Shown here one piece after another: positions 41,985 to 52,599 of a stretch of 64,000 bases of DNA; within the stretch, counting starts at the first letter, position 1; every line of letters starts with the position of its first letter. The stretch is from contig CAVTCR010000018.1 of the NCBI GenBank assembly GCA_963733195.1, positions 29,806 through 93,805 on the forward strand, given 5' to 3'. Below the pieces are notes generated by a model. That model was not told the origin of the DNA. It did no database searches and was given only the letters and a program-made list of their open reading frames with translations. The translations under genes were made by a program, and so were the position numbers. The DNA is from an uncultured delta proteobacterium (GTDB taxonomy: Bacteria > Desulfobacterota > Binatia > Bin18).

Positions 41985-43380
41985 GGGTGCATAACCAGCG
42001 AGTGGTAATCAGGCGGCAAGAGGCCCTTGCGTTTTCCAGTACGTCTGCCAGGACTGCTCGAGAAACACGCAGCGTAATTTGAGGAGGGCATTCACCTCTG
42101 TGACATTCCACCGCATGCCCGGGCCTTTGATGCGTCCCGCCGCGAGTTGCTTGCCCGCACTCTCAATCGCGCCCGAGCCGATGAAGTAGCCCTTCTGCCG
42201 ATAGGTCCCATAGCGCATGCGGTCCTGATTCTGTTCAAAGTAGTGCAGAATGGGTGCGAGGGCTGGGCGTAAGTCGAGGAAGGCGTGGAGATGGGTAATG
42301 ACCTGCGGGACTTGGTCGGCAAGCAGTAAGGTTTCGCGTTCTTTCACCCACGGGGTAACGAAGGCTGAGCCTTCGCCATAGATGATCTTGGCGGCGTCCC
42401 AGAGATATTCTTTGGCATGACTGAAATCGAGAATCTGCACGGCGTGCGGGAACAGGTCTTCCACCATATTCCAAATCCAGCGGGCGCCGTCAGCCAAGAC
42501 GATCACTTCTGCCGCTCGTTCTCCCCGTGCGTGACGATAGACCTCGGTAAAGATCGACCGAAACGCCTCACTATCCGTAATCTGGGCCTGCAAGATCTTG
42601 TGGAGAATTTCGTGCCGCTCCTTACTTACCTCTGCCACATCGTGGCCCGAGAAGGCGAGCACCGCTTTGGCTTCTCGATACCCTTGATCGTCTGGTCCCT
42701 CTTTCGGCTCGCGAGTCGGACACAGATGGCCATCGACTTCCAGATAGAGCCGATCGCCTTCGCGCCTGGGTAACGTTTGGTGATGCCCACTGGCCGTTAA
42801 GTGGGCGGCCTCGCGTAACGCCACGCGCCGCAACGTCATCGCATGATACTCACTGCCCAGCAAGGTCTGACAGACTTGCGGGGCTTGATGATACGGCACC
42901 ACCACCGCCAGTAAGGCCAGCTTCTCCCGCAACCGCCCTTGTTCCTTGCCTTCGACCAGCCCTAATTGCTCATCCAATGGACAACTCGGTCGCCCACACG
43001 CCGGACACACATAATACGCCCGCTCGACCGTCACCGTCCCGCAGTCAAACACGACTTCCCGCGTCCGCTCCCCTTTATACTGTTGCCACTGCCCACACTG
43101 CGGACACCGCCGCCGATTCCCGGCATAGCCCCGATCATAGCTCGCAATCTGCTCGGCGATGTGGGCTAATTTCGTCCGCCGCGCGATTTCCTCTGCCGCG
43201 TCTTCGATCGCAAAAATCCCCCGCCCCCCTTGCCGTCCAGCCAGCACTTCAAAGGCGACTTTGAGTTCCTTCGTGTCCGCCTTCGTCCGCCGTTTCATTG
43301 CTGCCCCTCCCGCTGCTCCGCTCGTTTCGCCTTGCCTTACCGCTTTTGTCTCCCTTTTGCCACTCAGCGGTTATGCACCC
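41985..43380 (-). mobile_element. ISKra4-family insertion sequence (transposase 42009-43298, intact)
   Basis: Motifs CPQCG, RAYYVCPAC, EVDG, LADGARWIW, LDFSHA and IGSGAIES...KGPGMRW. IRs GGGTGCATAACCAGCGAGTGGTAA / GGGTGCATAACCGCTGAGTGGCAA; flanks CCTTCAGTC / CCTTCAAGTC. Confidence 0.92.
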
Positions 43381-44025
43381 CCTTCAAGTCATCCCCACCC
43401 CCGCTCTTGGTAAAGTACCACCGCCAAGAAAAAAATCTGAAAATCCTAACCCGCTCACCGACCCCTTGGGCCCTGCGAAGTATCCGGCTTTCCCTGTCGT
43501 TGTCGTTCGATAACCCGAAGGGGAGGACTCCGCTCCGCGTGGCACGACCGGGTTGATTAACAAGACTCTCGGGGGCAGGTAAGGACGGTGGCCGGGGTGA
43601 TTTTCTGCCACCATTAACCCCTTGGCAATAGTCTCTCCGAGCTGGCAATTCTCACTTCTGGTCTCTCTGGAACCTAGCGACTTGGAGAGGCACTTTATTC
43701 CAGGTAACTGTTCACGGGGCGGACTGTTGCTGAGAACCTGCGATAAATGGACACTTTTTCACTAGCAGTCTGCTACAGAGGTTGTTTTTTCGTCGAAGAT
43801 TCCGCGCACTTTCTGTTCTATGCCGACAGACTTCAGCAAACCATGCGTATTCCCCGGGGTTTTCGCATTTTTGCTCGCATTTGGCTATCAATATTTTATT
43901 TCGTCCACCCCCTGAACGGGCACTATTCCAGAGAGGGCTCTTCATAAGTTGTATGTTCTTCTGGTTGCTTGCAGCGGGGCAGGAGCGTGGCGCTATAGTC
44001 ATCCCTTTTGGCAAGTTCACTTCGG

Positions 44026-46210
44026 TCAGGGAAGAGTGACAAGGGAGTTAGGACATTCCTTACTCCAACCGGCTATAAACCTGTTCACAGGAGCGGGGGC
44101 ATATCGAATAGAGAACATCTGCACAATGATATTTCCCCCATTGGTCACAGTATTCAAAGTTACCACTAATGGAAAATCCCTCCTCCCGCTGTCCAGAGGC
44201 AATTTGTTTCCATTGGTTAACAGTTGGCGTCCATTTAGTGTCAAGAACTTCGTCGCGGAGAGAATTGGCACCGATGGTAGCACCCGACATGAAACTTGTG
44301 CCGGAGGGTTTATCTTTGATGAATATTCTGGCTCGGTAGAGATGACGTTGCCTACCTTTCTCAGCAGGAGGCAGCGAACTATAGATGTTGGTCAAGAAAT
44401 TTGTAGCGGCTACCGGGCCAGTATTTTGGAAGTACAGGCGAATAGTCCCTTTCTTTCCTTTCTCTCCTTCCCTGGTCGGTGCAATGTATTCGGCTACGGT
44501 ACCGTCCGCTTTACCTAGTACCGTGTCTCGCAAGTTCATTAGCGGTATACTGAGAGCAACGTTCTTCCGGAGAGGTACGTATGCTCGTCCCCCACTATAC
44601 AATTCGATTAAGTGCCGCTGAACAGCAGGCGTTGGAAGCCCTCCAGCGAGCGGGGAAAACGCCGCAACAGACGGTGCGACGCGTGACCATTCTCCTGCTG
44701 GCGCACGCGGGGCTGTCCAACCAGGCAATTGCGGCCCAGGTGGGCACCTCGCGGAATTTGGTGCAGAAGTGGCGCAAGCGCTTTGCGCTGTATGAGCCAG
44801 CGCCGCTGCTGGCGGAGGAAGAAGTCGCTCCAGTGGCGCGCCTCGCCGCGTTGCACGATTTGCCCCGGTCGGGTCGCCCACCGGATTTTTCCCCCCCTGG
44901 CACGGCACACGGTCGTCGCCGTCGCCTGCCAAGGCGTTGACGAACGAGAGTTTGGCGGGTTTTCTCACTACAGCGTACGGGATTTGGCCCGGCTGGTGGC
45001 CGGGCGCGGGGAAATTATCACCATGAGCCCTTCCACGGTCCAACGGATTTTGGCAGCGGTGGTGCTCAAACCCCATCGCCTGCGCTATTTCTTGACCCGT
45101 ACCGATCCCTGGTTTGAGGAGAAGATGGCCGAGATTCTTGACCTCTATCTGCATCCCCCTCGACGCTGTCGGATTCTCTGCCTGGATGAGAAGACTCACA
45201 TCCAAGCCCTGGAGCGCTTGCATCCTACTCTGCCCCTGCGGCCAAGCTTGGTCGAACGCCAGGAGTTTGAGTATATCCGGCATGGCACGGTCGATCTCTT
45301 TGCCGCCTTTGATGTTGGCACTGGAGAAGTCTTCGCACAGTGCTATCAGCGCCATACCAATCGGGAGTTTCGCCACTTCTTGCGCGCGCTGCGCGCTCGC
45401 GACCCCGACAGTCGCTGGCATCTGATTGTGGACAACGCGGGCTATCATAAGAAACAAGCGGTGCTGGACTGGTGTGCCGCCCAACGGCCCAAGGTGACTC
45501 TCCACTGGTTGCCTACCCACGGCTCGTGGCTCAACCAAGTGGAGATTTGGTTCTCGATTTTGAGCCGCAAGTGCTTGCGTCGGGCCAGTGTCCGCTCCAC
45601 CCAGGACCTGCGGAACCTCATTCATCGCTTTATTCAAACCTGGAACACCCATTTTGCTCATCCCTTTGAGTGGACGTATACCGGCAAACCGCTGGCGGTT
45701 GCGCCCCAACACTACGAGTTACTCGCTGCCTGACCTGCTAACGCATTTATGAGACACGGTACTAGGCTCATATAAGGGCGCTGGCTATGAAGAGTATGGA
45801 CAGCAGGCCTTAACTTGATCGGTGGCAGCATCGGCAGCATCAATCGCAGCTTTAGCCGCTTTCCGAGTCTCACTCAGAGTGTTATACAGTAATATGAATG
45901 CTAGGACCCCAACAATGAGCGTCACGCTTTCAACCGCCAGCCTCCACTTTATCACGACACTCTGTGCCGCGTCTGCCGGTCTTCTTCTTGCTTGCTGGGG
46001 GTTGTAACATTGTGTGTCTCTTGCATGTTTACCTCCCAATCCTCCGATACCTTTTCACCTCTTGTTTTACGCCCGGTAATAGATTTTGTCTTTTCTTCTC
46101 CGTGGCTATTCTTCCCTTCTCTCCTTTTCTATTGAAGCTCTTCCCCCCAAAGCAAGGGAAACTGCTAGCCTCTTCACCTCTTGTAGGCTCTTCACTGTTG
46201 GTGTTATCGT
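44026..46210 (-). pseudogene. Single-TM membrane-anchored hypothetical protein interrupted by IS630 (boundaries approximate)
   Basis: TM segment and TRKAAKAA helix, then QRPYMS|LGKADGTVAE... resumes across the IS. Confidence 0.5.
44518..45762 (+). mobile_element. IS630-family insertion sequence (orfA 44581, orfB to 45733)
   Basis: HTH (V.KWRKRF, DLPRSGRP) and DDE motifs (CLDEKT, YIRHGT, IVDN, SWLNQVEIWF). IRs GTACCGTGTCTC / GAGACACGGTAC, TA (CTAG) duplication, and a T5C7 run at the frame junction. Confidence 0.93.
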
Positions 46211-46249
46211 TTATCTAGCAGATTCAAGAAGTAAACTGCGGGGGATCAA

Positions 46250-47210
46250 ATGGCAACGGGAAACGCAGAAGACATTTTTGCGGAGAGATTAGGAGTTTTC
46301 GAAAGGAGAACGAGCCACAGGAGAGACTCCCGAAGAGCAATTTGACCGATACTGTAAGGAAACTCTTTCTTCTGTGGAGAAACACCATTTCGACTACAAG
46401 ACAAAGCACGACCGCCGGAACCCGGACTTGGATGAATCCGACAAGAAGAACCTGGCCAAAGCTATTTCTGGCTTTGCCAATAGTGGCGGGGGTGTGTTGC
46501 TGTGGGGCGTTGATGAAGGACCGCCTCCAAGCCTGAAAGCGATTAGCGGAGTTGAGGCATTTCTTAAGCGCCTTCTCGACCTAGCAGGCCAAGCAACCGA
46601 CCCTAGGGTTCAAGGAATCGATGGGGAATGGTTTCCCTCGAAAGCTGACCCTGCGGCTGGCTATGCGGCCCTTCTCTTCCTGCAAGCCAATTACCCCCAC
46701 ATCGAGTGATACTTGATTTAAAAGAAGTCCAGCACCGCTACTACATTCGGACGGCCTCAAATTTCGATATTCCTTCTCATTCTTACCTTGAAGGGCTGTT
46801 CGGGCGACCTCCCGGCCAAAACTTGTTCCTGTGGTGAAGGCAAATTTTCCTTATAGTGCGACTTCTAGTAGTTGGACTGTCTCCTTTAACATCCGCAATG
46901 AGGGACAGGGACGGAAAATACGTCTGCATAGAATTCCCGTGGCAGGGGGGAATAAAGGAAGCCCCTTCTTTGTGGGCTCATCCAAGGTGCCTATGAGACC
47001 ACAACCCAACACCACAGCTTAATGTTTGAACTGCCTGGGACCAAGAGTGATCCATCCTGGAATGAGTGTTGGCTTTCAGGAATTACATTTGGAGCACTCA
47101 CCACATCTTCTTGGAAAGACTACCTCACTGGACTGCACGATCTACTGTGAGGGGTGTCCTCCCCGCTCCTTACGTCATCAAAGGAACGTTGCAGCGCCCT
47201 GGAGGTAAAT
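46250..47210 (+). CDS. Schlafen/AlbA_2 domain protein with C-terminal extension (multiple frameshifts, may be a pseudogene)
   Basis: Motifs EKHHFDYK, LAKAISGFANSGGGVLLWGVDE, PPH and RYYIR. Confidence 0.75.
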
Positions 47211-47714
47211 AAAAGGCTGTAGAATTTTGCAGGAGATGGTCGCTTTAAGGTTTTGGTCCTTCTTGGGCTAACTCGCTGACCATTTCTCCTAAGCGGCTTT
47301 TGGGGGCCGCACGATGAACGACCTCTCAACAGAAAGCCAACGGATCGCCACAGGGGGGAAGCTGGCAGCCGGGGACCTTTCGCGGTTGACGGCCAACTCC
47401 GACTTTGTGAGGGGAAACATTCTACCGATCGCTAGCACCCCAACGGCGGACGAGGAATGCGACCTAGAACAGCTTTTTCCGAAAGGCGAGTAGCATCCAG
47501 ACAGCCAGGTAAGCGACAGCACCAATATACCACGGTTGCCCTAAGCCATACTGCACCGTGCCCGCCACAACCATGCACGCCGTATGCTGAAGCAAGATTA
47601 GGGGGTCTCGAGTCGCCGGGTGCGTCAGCTTGGGGGGTAATGTTTCCGCTTGTCATAGTTTGCCCTCCTGGAAGGTGTGATCGGCCTTCTACCGTGTGGA
47701 GCCTCCTTTTCTTT

Positions 47715-47766
47715 ACCATCTCACAGTTAGGAGTGCAACTACCATCTCACAGTTAGGGGTGCAACT
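47715..47766. repeat. 26-bp tandem duplication
   Basis: ACCATCTCACAGTTAGGAGTGCAACT followed by ACCATCTCACAGTTAGGGGTGCAACT. Confidence 0.85.
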
Positions 47767-48089
47767 TTCCTATTATTGGCGTCTCCTATGTCGTAAGCTG
47801 ATTTATCGGGTCCCGGATAGAGTGCCAAAGGTACGGCAACCACTCATAGAAAGCGACACAAGGTAGGTCAGATGAACCACGTACCGGTCTGTTGCGTTAC
47901 CGTGATAAGTTCCTACAGTTTGACGGTGACATCTGTTCCAGGAACCGGGAAGCCAGGGAGGCGATACTGACCGCTTGCCCCTTGGAGGGATAACCCTCCC
48001 CCAAGTCTTGCGCCAAATTCTTGAACCACTGTGGCAAGAGCATCTCACCCGCTATTCCTGCTTGCCCGTCGGTCTCTCATAACCAAGGC

Positions 48090-48399
48090 GAGCGGCTTCA
48101 GCAACTTCTACAAAACCTGGGACCGGGCTTGCCGAGAGTCGGGAATTTCTGGTAAGGTCCCCCACGATTTCAGGCGAACAGCAGTCAGAAACTTGGTGCG
48201 TGCTGGTGTTCCTGAACGGGTAGCAATGATGATCACAGGTCACAAAACGAGAGACACCTTTGACAGGTATGACATTACGTCTTTTGGTGACCTTGAAGAG
48301 GCTGCCCGGAGGGTTGACGAGCAGATTGCACCACGAACGGTTACAAATTTGGTGACAATAGCCTCGGTCCCACCTGAAGACCAACCGCTAAGTCATTGA
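48090..48399 (+). pseudogene. Tyrosine integrase C-terminal fragment (copy B)
   Basis: WDRAC, PHDFRRTAVRNLVRAGVPERVAMMITGHKT and RYDI; a paralogue of 38733-39062. Confidence 0.85.
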
Positions 48400-48412
48400 A
48401 AAACCTGAATAT

Positions 48413-48485
<73 letters not shown>

Positions 48486-48541
48486 CCTTCTTCACCCAAT
48501 ACAAGCACGGTTCACATCCCCAAGCATGTGTCTCATATTTC

Positions 48542-48970
48542 TCAAATCGATGGCGGATGCCAACCTGCACTCACCCAATTCTGGCGTACCACCAAGGCAA
48601 TTTCGTTGTTGAGATTCAGCGCAGTTACAGTTGCACGCCCGCAGGCAGTGCGACCGTTCACCCACGTACCATCGTCGCTCCAATAGAAGTGACGCCGCCA
48701 CTTTTGCGTTCGTGGATTGAACAGTCGAACACGTCGTCTCGTTTGTGGATCGTATCCATGTGTTTGTATGCCTTTCGCGTTATTGCACAGACGGCAGGCC
48801 AGCCAAAGATTGTCCTCGTCGTCAGTACCACCTGTGGCTTTGGGAATGATGTGCTCGATTTCTAATACCTGCATCGCGTAACGTTGGTGCGTTAGGCAGT
48901 ACCCGCAGCGATTCTCAGCAGCGACACGAACACGAGAACTGAGGTCTTCGGCAATCTTTCGCGCGGTCAT
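48542..48970 (-). CDS. HNH endonuclease
   Basis: Motifs RCGYC, EIEHIIPK..GG, NL.LAC..CNNAK and LFNPR...W..HF.W. Confidence 0.92.
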   Translation of the reverse strand: MTARKIAEDLSSRVRVAAENRCGYCLTHQRYAMQVLEIEHIIPKATGGTDDEDNLWLACRLCNNAKGIQTHGYDPQTRRRVRLFNPRTQKWRRHFYWSDDGTWVNGRTACGRATVTALNLNNEIALVVRQNWVSAGWHPPSI

Positions 48971-49353
48971 GGCTGGAGCGGTGGAATCAAGCCACGCTTG
49001 ACCGCCTCTGCCAAAGCCTGAGATTGACGCAGGAGCCCCATTTCGTACATACGCATCAACGCAGCCAGCTCGGCCTGTTCCAGGTCAGTCAGCTCCTTGG
49101 CTTGCTGGCGACCTAGCAACTCGCTCAGGCGGCGATCAACTTCCGGTGCCAGGCGGAGTTCGGTGAGGGTGAGGACTTCACGGTCAGAAAGTTTGGCGAT
49201 GTTGCGGAGTTGCGTGATCGCATCAAGCGAGGGTAACGACGACGCTAACGCGGCTGCAATAATTTCTGACACGTTGCGCTTGGCACACGCGGCGAACTGA
49301 GCAACGCGTTCATATGTATCGTCCGGTAAATTGAGAATAAGTTGGGTGCTCAT
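48967..49353 (-). CDS. Small helical protein with RHH-like N-terminus (putative antitoxin partner of the HNH)
   Basis: Starts MSTQLILNLPDDTYERVAQFA, has an ATGA overlap with the HNH start, and ends ..QALAEAVKRGL. Confidence 0.7.
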   Translation of the reverse strand: MSTQLILNLPDDTYERVAQFAACAKRNVSEIIAAALASSLPSLDAITQLRNIAKLSDREVLTLTELRLAPEVDRRLSELLGRQQAKELTDLEQAELAALMRMYEMGLLRQSQALAEAVKRGLIPPLQP

Positions 49354-49362
49354 CGTGCGTTG

Positions 49363-49391
49363 ATTATATGCTGCAGCAAATGACGACTCAA
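49363..49391 (-). promoter_or_regulatory. Sigma70-type promoter for the antitoxin-HNH pair (near-leaderless)
   Basis: TTGAGT-N17-TATAAT on the minus strand, ending 10 bp before the ATG at 49353. Confidence 0.6.
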
Positions 49392-49412
49392 CAAAGGCAA
49401 GATGATCGCCTA

Positions 49413-49477
49413 AGTCGGTAGAGCAGAGGACTGAAAATCCTCGTGTCGACGGTTCAATTCCGCCCCTGCCCACCTTC
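49413..49477 (+). repeat. tRNA-Phe 3' duplicate (lacks the first 13 nt), attR-like
   Basis: 65-bp direct repeat of 48426-48490. Confidence 0.9.
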
Positions 49478-49490
49478 AAACTCCAAAGCG

Positions 49491-52490
49491 TTATTGCGGG
49501 CTAGATTCTCCTTTCAGGCGCTCTAGCAGAGCCTTCGCCTCTTGCAGATCAACGGTATCAAATCCTTCGGTAAACCAACGATATCCTTTTTCGAGCAAGC
49601 GGTAGGCTTCTTTCTCTTTGCCTTGCGCCGCCCAGGTGCTTCCCAGGCTGATCATCACACGCAGTTCGAGTGCCTTTGCTTTCTGTTGCTGGGCGATTTT
49701 GAGTGCTTGCCAAAAACATCTCTCAGCCTCTTCTTCGTTTTTCCTTGCCCTCTTCTCTGAAGCAGTTTCTTTCCTCAGCAAAGCGCCCATCAGTCGCCAC
49801 AACTCCGATTCATAAAACCGATCATCATTTACCTGCGCAATGGTAAGAGCTTCCTTCACTACCTGAAGCGCTTCTTCGATTTGGCTAGCCTTTCCATACG
49901 CCTCGCCGAGCAACCCCAAGTAATAGGGACGCGCCAGGATCGACCCATGTGTCTCTATAGCGTCCAAGCCCGTGCGAATCTGTTCAATGCCTGCTTGTAC
50001 ATCTCCACAGTCCGCTAAGGCCCACCCGCGATAGATCATGGCTGTCGCCGCACGAAAAGAGAAGCCTTGCTCTTGAGCCAGGGTGAGAAACGCATCCGCT
50101 GCTGCTAACGTAGCACGCCCTTCCCGGCGGCGTTGGTGCAGTACTGCCGCTTGGCCTAACACCATAGCGTGACTCAGTGGATCGGCGGATTGCTCCGCCA
50201 GGGCGTGAGCTTTATGCAGTGTTTGTTGTGCCTGATCGGGATAACCACGCATCCATAGGATGGAAATTAATGTGGTAAGGCACAGAATACCAGGATCTTC
50301 CCTCCCACTCGATGCTTGAGGATTATGTCGCTGTGGGTCGTACAGCGGCAGCGCTACCTCGATCTGCGCTTGGGCTAGAGAAAACTGACCTCGATTATAC
50401 GCAGTCATTCCTTGGAAGAGATAAGCCCATAACAGGAAGGTCCGATTCGCAGCGCGCCGAGCGATTCGGAGGAGTTGGCCTTCGAGTTCATGCGCCTGAC
50501 GTAATTTTCCACGCATGTGATACACACTGGCAAGGCCGGCCAATATGGGAAAGAGTCGGGGCGTCTTGCGGACTTCTTGGCTTAGTACGTGCGCACGCTC
50601 ATAGGCTGCGGCGACCGTAGGGGAGCCGTACCCATGTTCCATCGCTAGTGGAGCGGTGCGGGCAACCTGGAGCATAAGTTCCCGTTCGATTTGTTCACTA
50701 CTCGTTGGTAATTTTCTCAGGAGATTCAGCGCCGCATCGAAATGTGCGACTGCCTCTTTATGAGCGCTCCGTCGCAGTGCGTTCTCTCCGGCTTGTTGAT
50801 GGTAGTGCACGGCCCGAGGGTAGTTGCGGCCTCGCTCGAAGTGCAGAGCGACCTCACTCGCGATTACATTTACTTGAGCGCCATAGGTAACTTCTTGCTG
50901 CTTCGCAATCTGTTCGTGCAGCCGGACTCGTTTGTTCACCCCAACACGACGATAAAAGATATCGCGATAGAACGCATGAACGAAACGATAACAAGCAGCG
51001 ATCCTGCCATCGGGCCGTTCCGAGGTTCCGACGAATTGTAAGAATCGTCCTTGTCGCACTAAGGTATCACAACAGGTTTCTATCGTTTCGACATTTTCGG
51101 CCAACAGCGCCGCAACCAGCGCCGATGAGAATTCGCTATCAATGACACTCGCGACTTCCAGGAGATCCTGTTCTGCATCACTCAAATCTTCGATCTGCCG
51201 TGTAATGAAATGGGCCAGAGTCTTCGGAATTTCGACTGCCTCCGCTTTTATAGGAGCCGACAACATCGACTGGCCATCGACCGTAACGATTTGGCGTTGT
51301 CGCACTAACTCATCAAGAATGTTCGTTATGAAAAGTGGATTTCCCTCTGTCCCTCGGTGAATCGACTCAGCGAGTTTGCGAGAGAAGCGATGGGCTGGAA
51401 AGCGTTGTGAGAGATAGGTTTCGACATCCGCCTGGGTCAAGAAGCTTAGAGGCAATGTGTCGCTGTACCCGTGTACTTGCAGTTCATCAAGGACTCTCCT
51501 TAGCGGGAGGCGATTCCCTACCGTCTCGTTCGCCCGATACGTTGCAACGACCATCAGACGGGCCGGTTCTCGTCGTCGCGCCAGAACAGCCAGAAGTTCC
51601 AGTGTCGAATGGTCACTCCAGTGCAGGTCTTCGAGAGCAAGGACGAGCGGACCTTCTTGAGAGAGGACCTCTAACGTCTCTGCCATCTCGCGTAGCATGC
51701 GTTCTTGGGTTGCGCCCTGAGCGTTGCGCTGGAGCATTGGGAGTTCAGCTGCTTCCAGCAGGGTGGGCATTTGGATGAGCCACGTAGGAGCATGCCGATG
51801 AAGCACTTTCCTAATCTGCTTCCCGTCTGGCGTTCGGCACAAACGTCCTAGCGCTTCGAATATGGGTAGATACGGCTCCCCAGCTCCATAGTGTTCGATA
51901 CACTGCGCCTGGCCGACCCTTAGGGTGTAACGTGTCCGTAGTTGCGAAAGAAACGCGTCAACTAATGTCGTTTTTCCAATCCCGGCTTCGCCAGTCACGC
52001 AGACCAGACGACGCTCGCCGTTAAGGACGGTTCCGAACAGAGAGTGCAGTCGTGCGAGTTCAGAATCTCGACCCACGAAAGGCGTTGTTGGTTGCCAATT
52101 TTTAAGTATCGGTTGAGGAACATCGACAGATACCTTCCTCTTGCTTGCTGGAAACCGAGTATTCGCTACTTTTCCGACAAACCGGTAGCCACGACGATGA
52201 ACGGTTTCGATGAACCGTGGGGCTTTCGAATCATCACCAAACACCTCGCGAAGTTCCCGAACACAACTTTTGAGAGCAGAGTCGGTTACCCAGGTCCCTG
52301 GCCAAAGCGCCTCGAGAAGCTGATCTTTGGTGACTAACTGCTGTCTATGCTCAAGGAGATAACGGAGCACAGCGAAGGTCTTTGGTCTTAATCGCACGGC
52401 TGTGGCGCCTTTGGCATTCTCCCGCCACAGCTGCTCGTTGATCACATCGAGCCGAAAGGGTGGGAAATTCTCACAAACTGACGGTTTCAT
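49491..52490 (-). CDS. Winged-helix + AAA ATPase + TPR (STAND-type) transcriptional regulator, intact
   Basis: FPPFRLD...IETVHRRGYRF, GEAGIGKT, LEDLHWSD, TEGNPLF, TPRs and [11 protein letters not shown]. Confidence 0.92.
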   Translation of the reverse strand: MKPSVCENFPPFRLDVINEQLWRENAKGATAVRLRPKTFAVLRYLLEHRQQLVTKDQLLEALWPGTWVTDSALKSCVRELREVFGDDSKAPRFIETVHRRGYRFVGKVANTRFPASKRKVSVDVPQPILKNWQPTTPFVGRDSELARLHSLFGTVLNGERRLVCVTGEAGIGKTTLVDAFLSQLRTRYTLRVGQAQCIEHYGAGEPYLPIFEALGRLCRTPDGKQIRKVLHRHAPTWLIQMPTLLEAAELPMLQRNAQGATQERMLREMAETLEVLSQEGPLVLALEDLHWSDHSTLELLAVLARRREPARLMVVATYRANETVGNRLPLRRVLDELQVHGYSDTLPLSFLTQADVETYLSQRFPAHRFSRKLAESIHRGTEGNPLFITNILDELVRQRQIVTVDGQSMLSAPIKAEAVEIPKTLAHFITRQIEDLSDAEQDLLEVASVIDSEFSSALVAALLAENVETIETCCDTLVRQGRFLQFVGTSERPDGRIAACYRFVHAFYRDIFYRRVGVNKRVRLHEQIAKQQEVTYGAQVNVIASEVALHFERGRNYPRAVHYHQQAGENALRRSAHKEAVAHFDAALNLLRKLPTSSEQIERELMLQVARTAPLAMEHGYGSPTVAAAYERAHVLSQEVRKTPRLFPILAGLASVYHMRGKLRQAHELEGQLLRIARRAANRTFLLWAYLFQGMTAYNRGQFSLAQAQIEVALPLYDPQRHNPQASSGREDPGILCLTTLISILWMRGYPDQAQQTLHKAHALAEQSADPLSHAMVLGQAAVLHQRRREGRATLAAADAFLTLAQEQGFSFRAATAMIYRGWALADCGDVQAGIEQIRTGLDAIETHGSILARPYYLGLLGEAYGKASQIEEALQVVKEALTIAQVNDDRFYESELWRLMGALLRKETASEKRARKNEEEAERCFWQALKIAQQQKAKALELRVMISLGSTWAAQGKEKEAYRLLEKGYRWFTEGFDTVDLQEAKALLERLKGESSPQ

Positions 52491-52502
52491 GTTGGTGACC
52501 AC

Positions 52503-52530
52503 TCACACCAAAATTACACGAAAATTACAC
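52503..52530. promoter_or_regulatory. Three TYACAC direct repeats at 11-bp spacing
   Basis: TCACAC (52503), TTACAC (52514) and TTACAC (52525) lie between the regulator and the divergent secreted-protein gene. Confidence 0.55.
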
Positions 52531-52599
52531 GTCTTTTCTATGACTGTGGATAACCATTTCGCTAGGGTCGAAACAATTTTTGCTGATAGGAGGGACATC

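Noticed and set aside
41949-43456. Small MITE enclosing the ISKra4 (GTGCGCGTCCCGGATTTCCAAA vs GAGCGGGTTAGGATTTTCAGA)
   Set aside because: End similarity is weak and no target duplication is visible.
43400-43900. Structured ncRNA in the non-coding island segment
   Set aside because: Only short local hairpins and no recognisable family; cannot be supported without a covariance search.
44060-45712. 550-aa minus-strand ORF
   Set aside because: It is the antisense shadow of the IS630 transposase, running into the tail of the interrupted membrane-protein gene.
47715-47766. Possible CRISPR array
   Set aside because: Only two abutting units with no spacer, and no cas genes in the window.
49413-49477. 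Second functional tRNA-Phe
   Set aside because: It lacks the 5' acceptor strand and part of the D-stem, so it cannot fold as a tRNA; treated as an att repeat.
48967-49479. 170-aa ORF start at 49479
   Set aside because: The N-terminal extension is the antisense of the tRNA repeat; the real start is more likely ATG 49353, just after the promoter.
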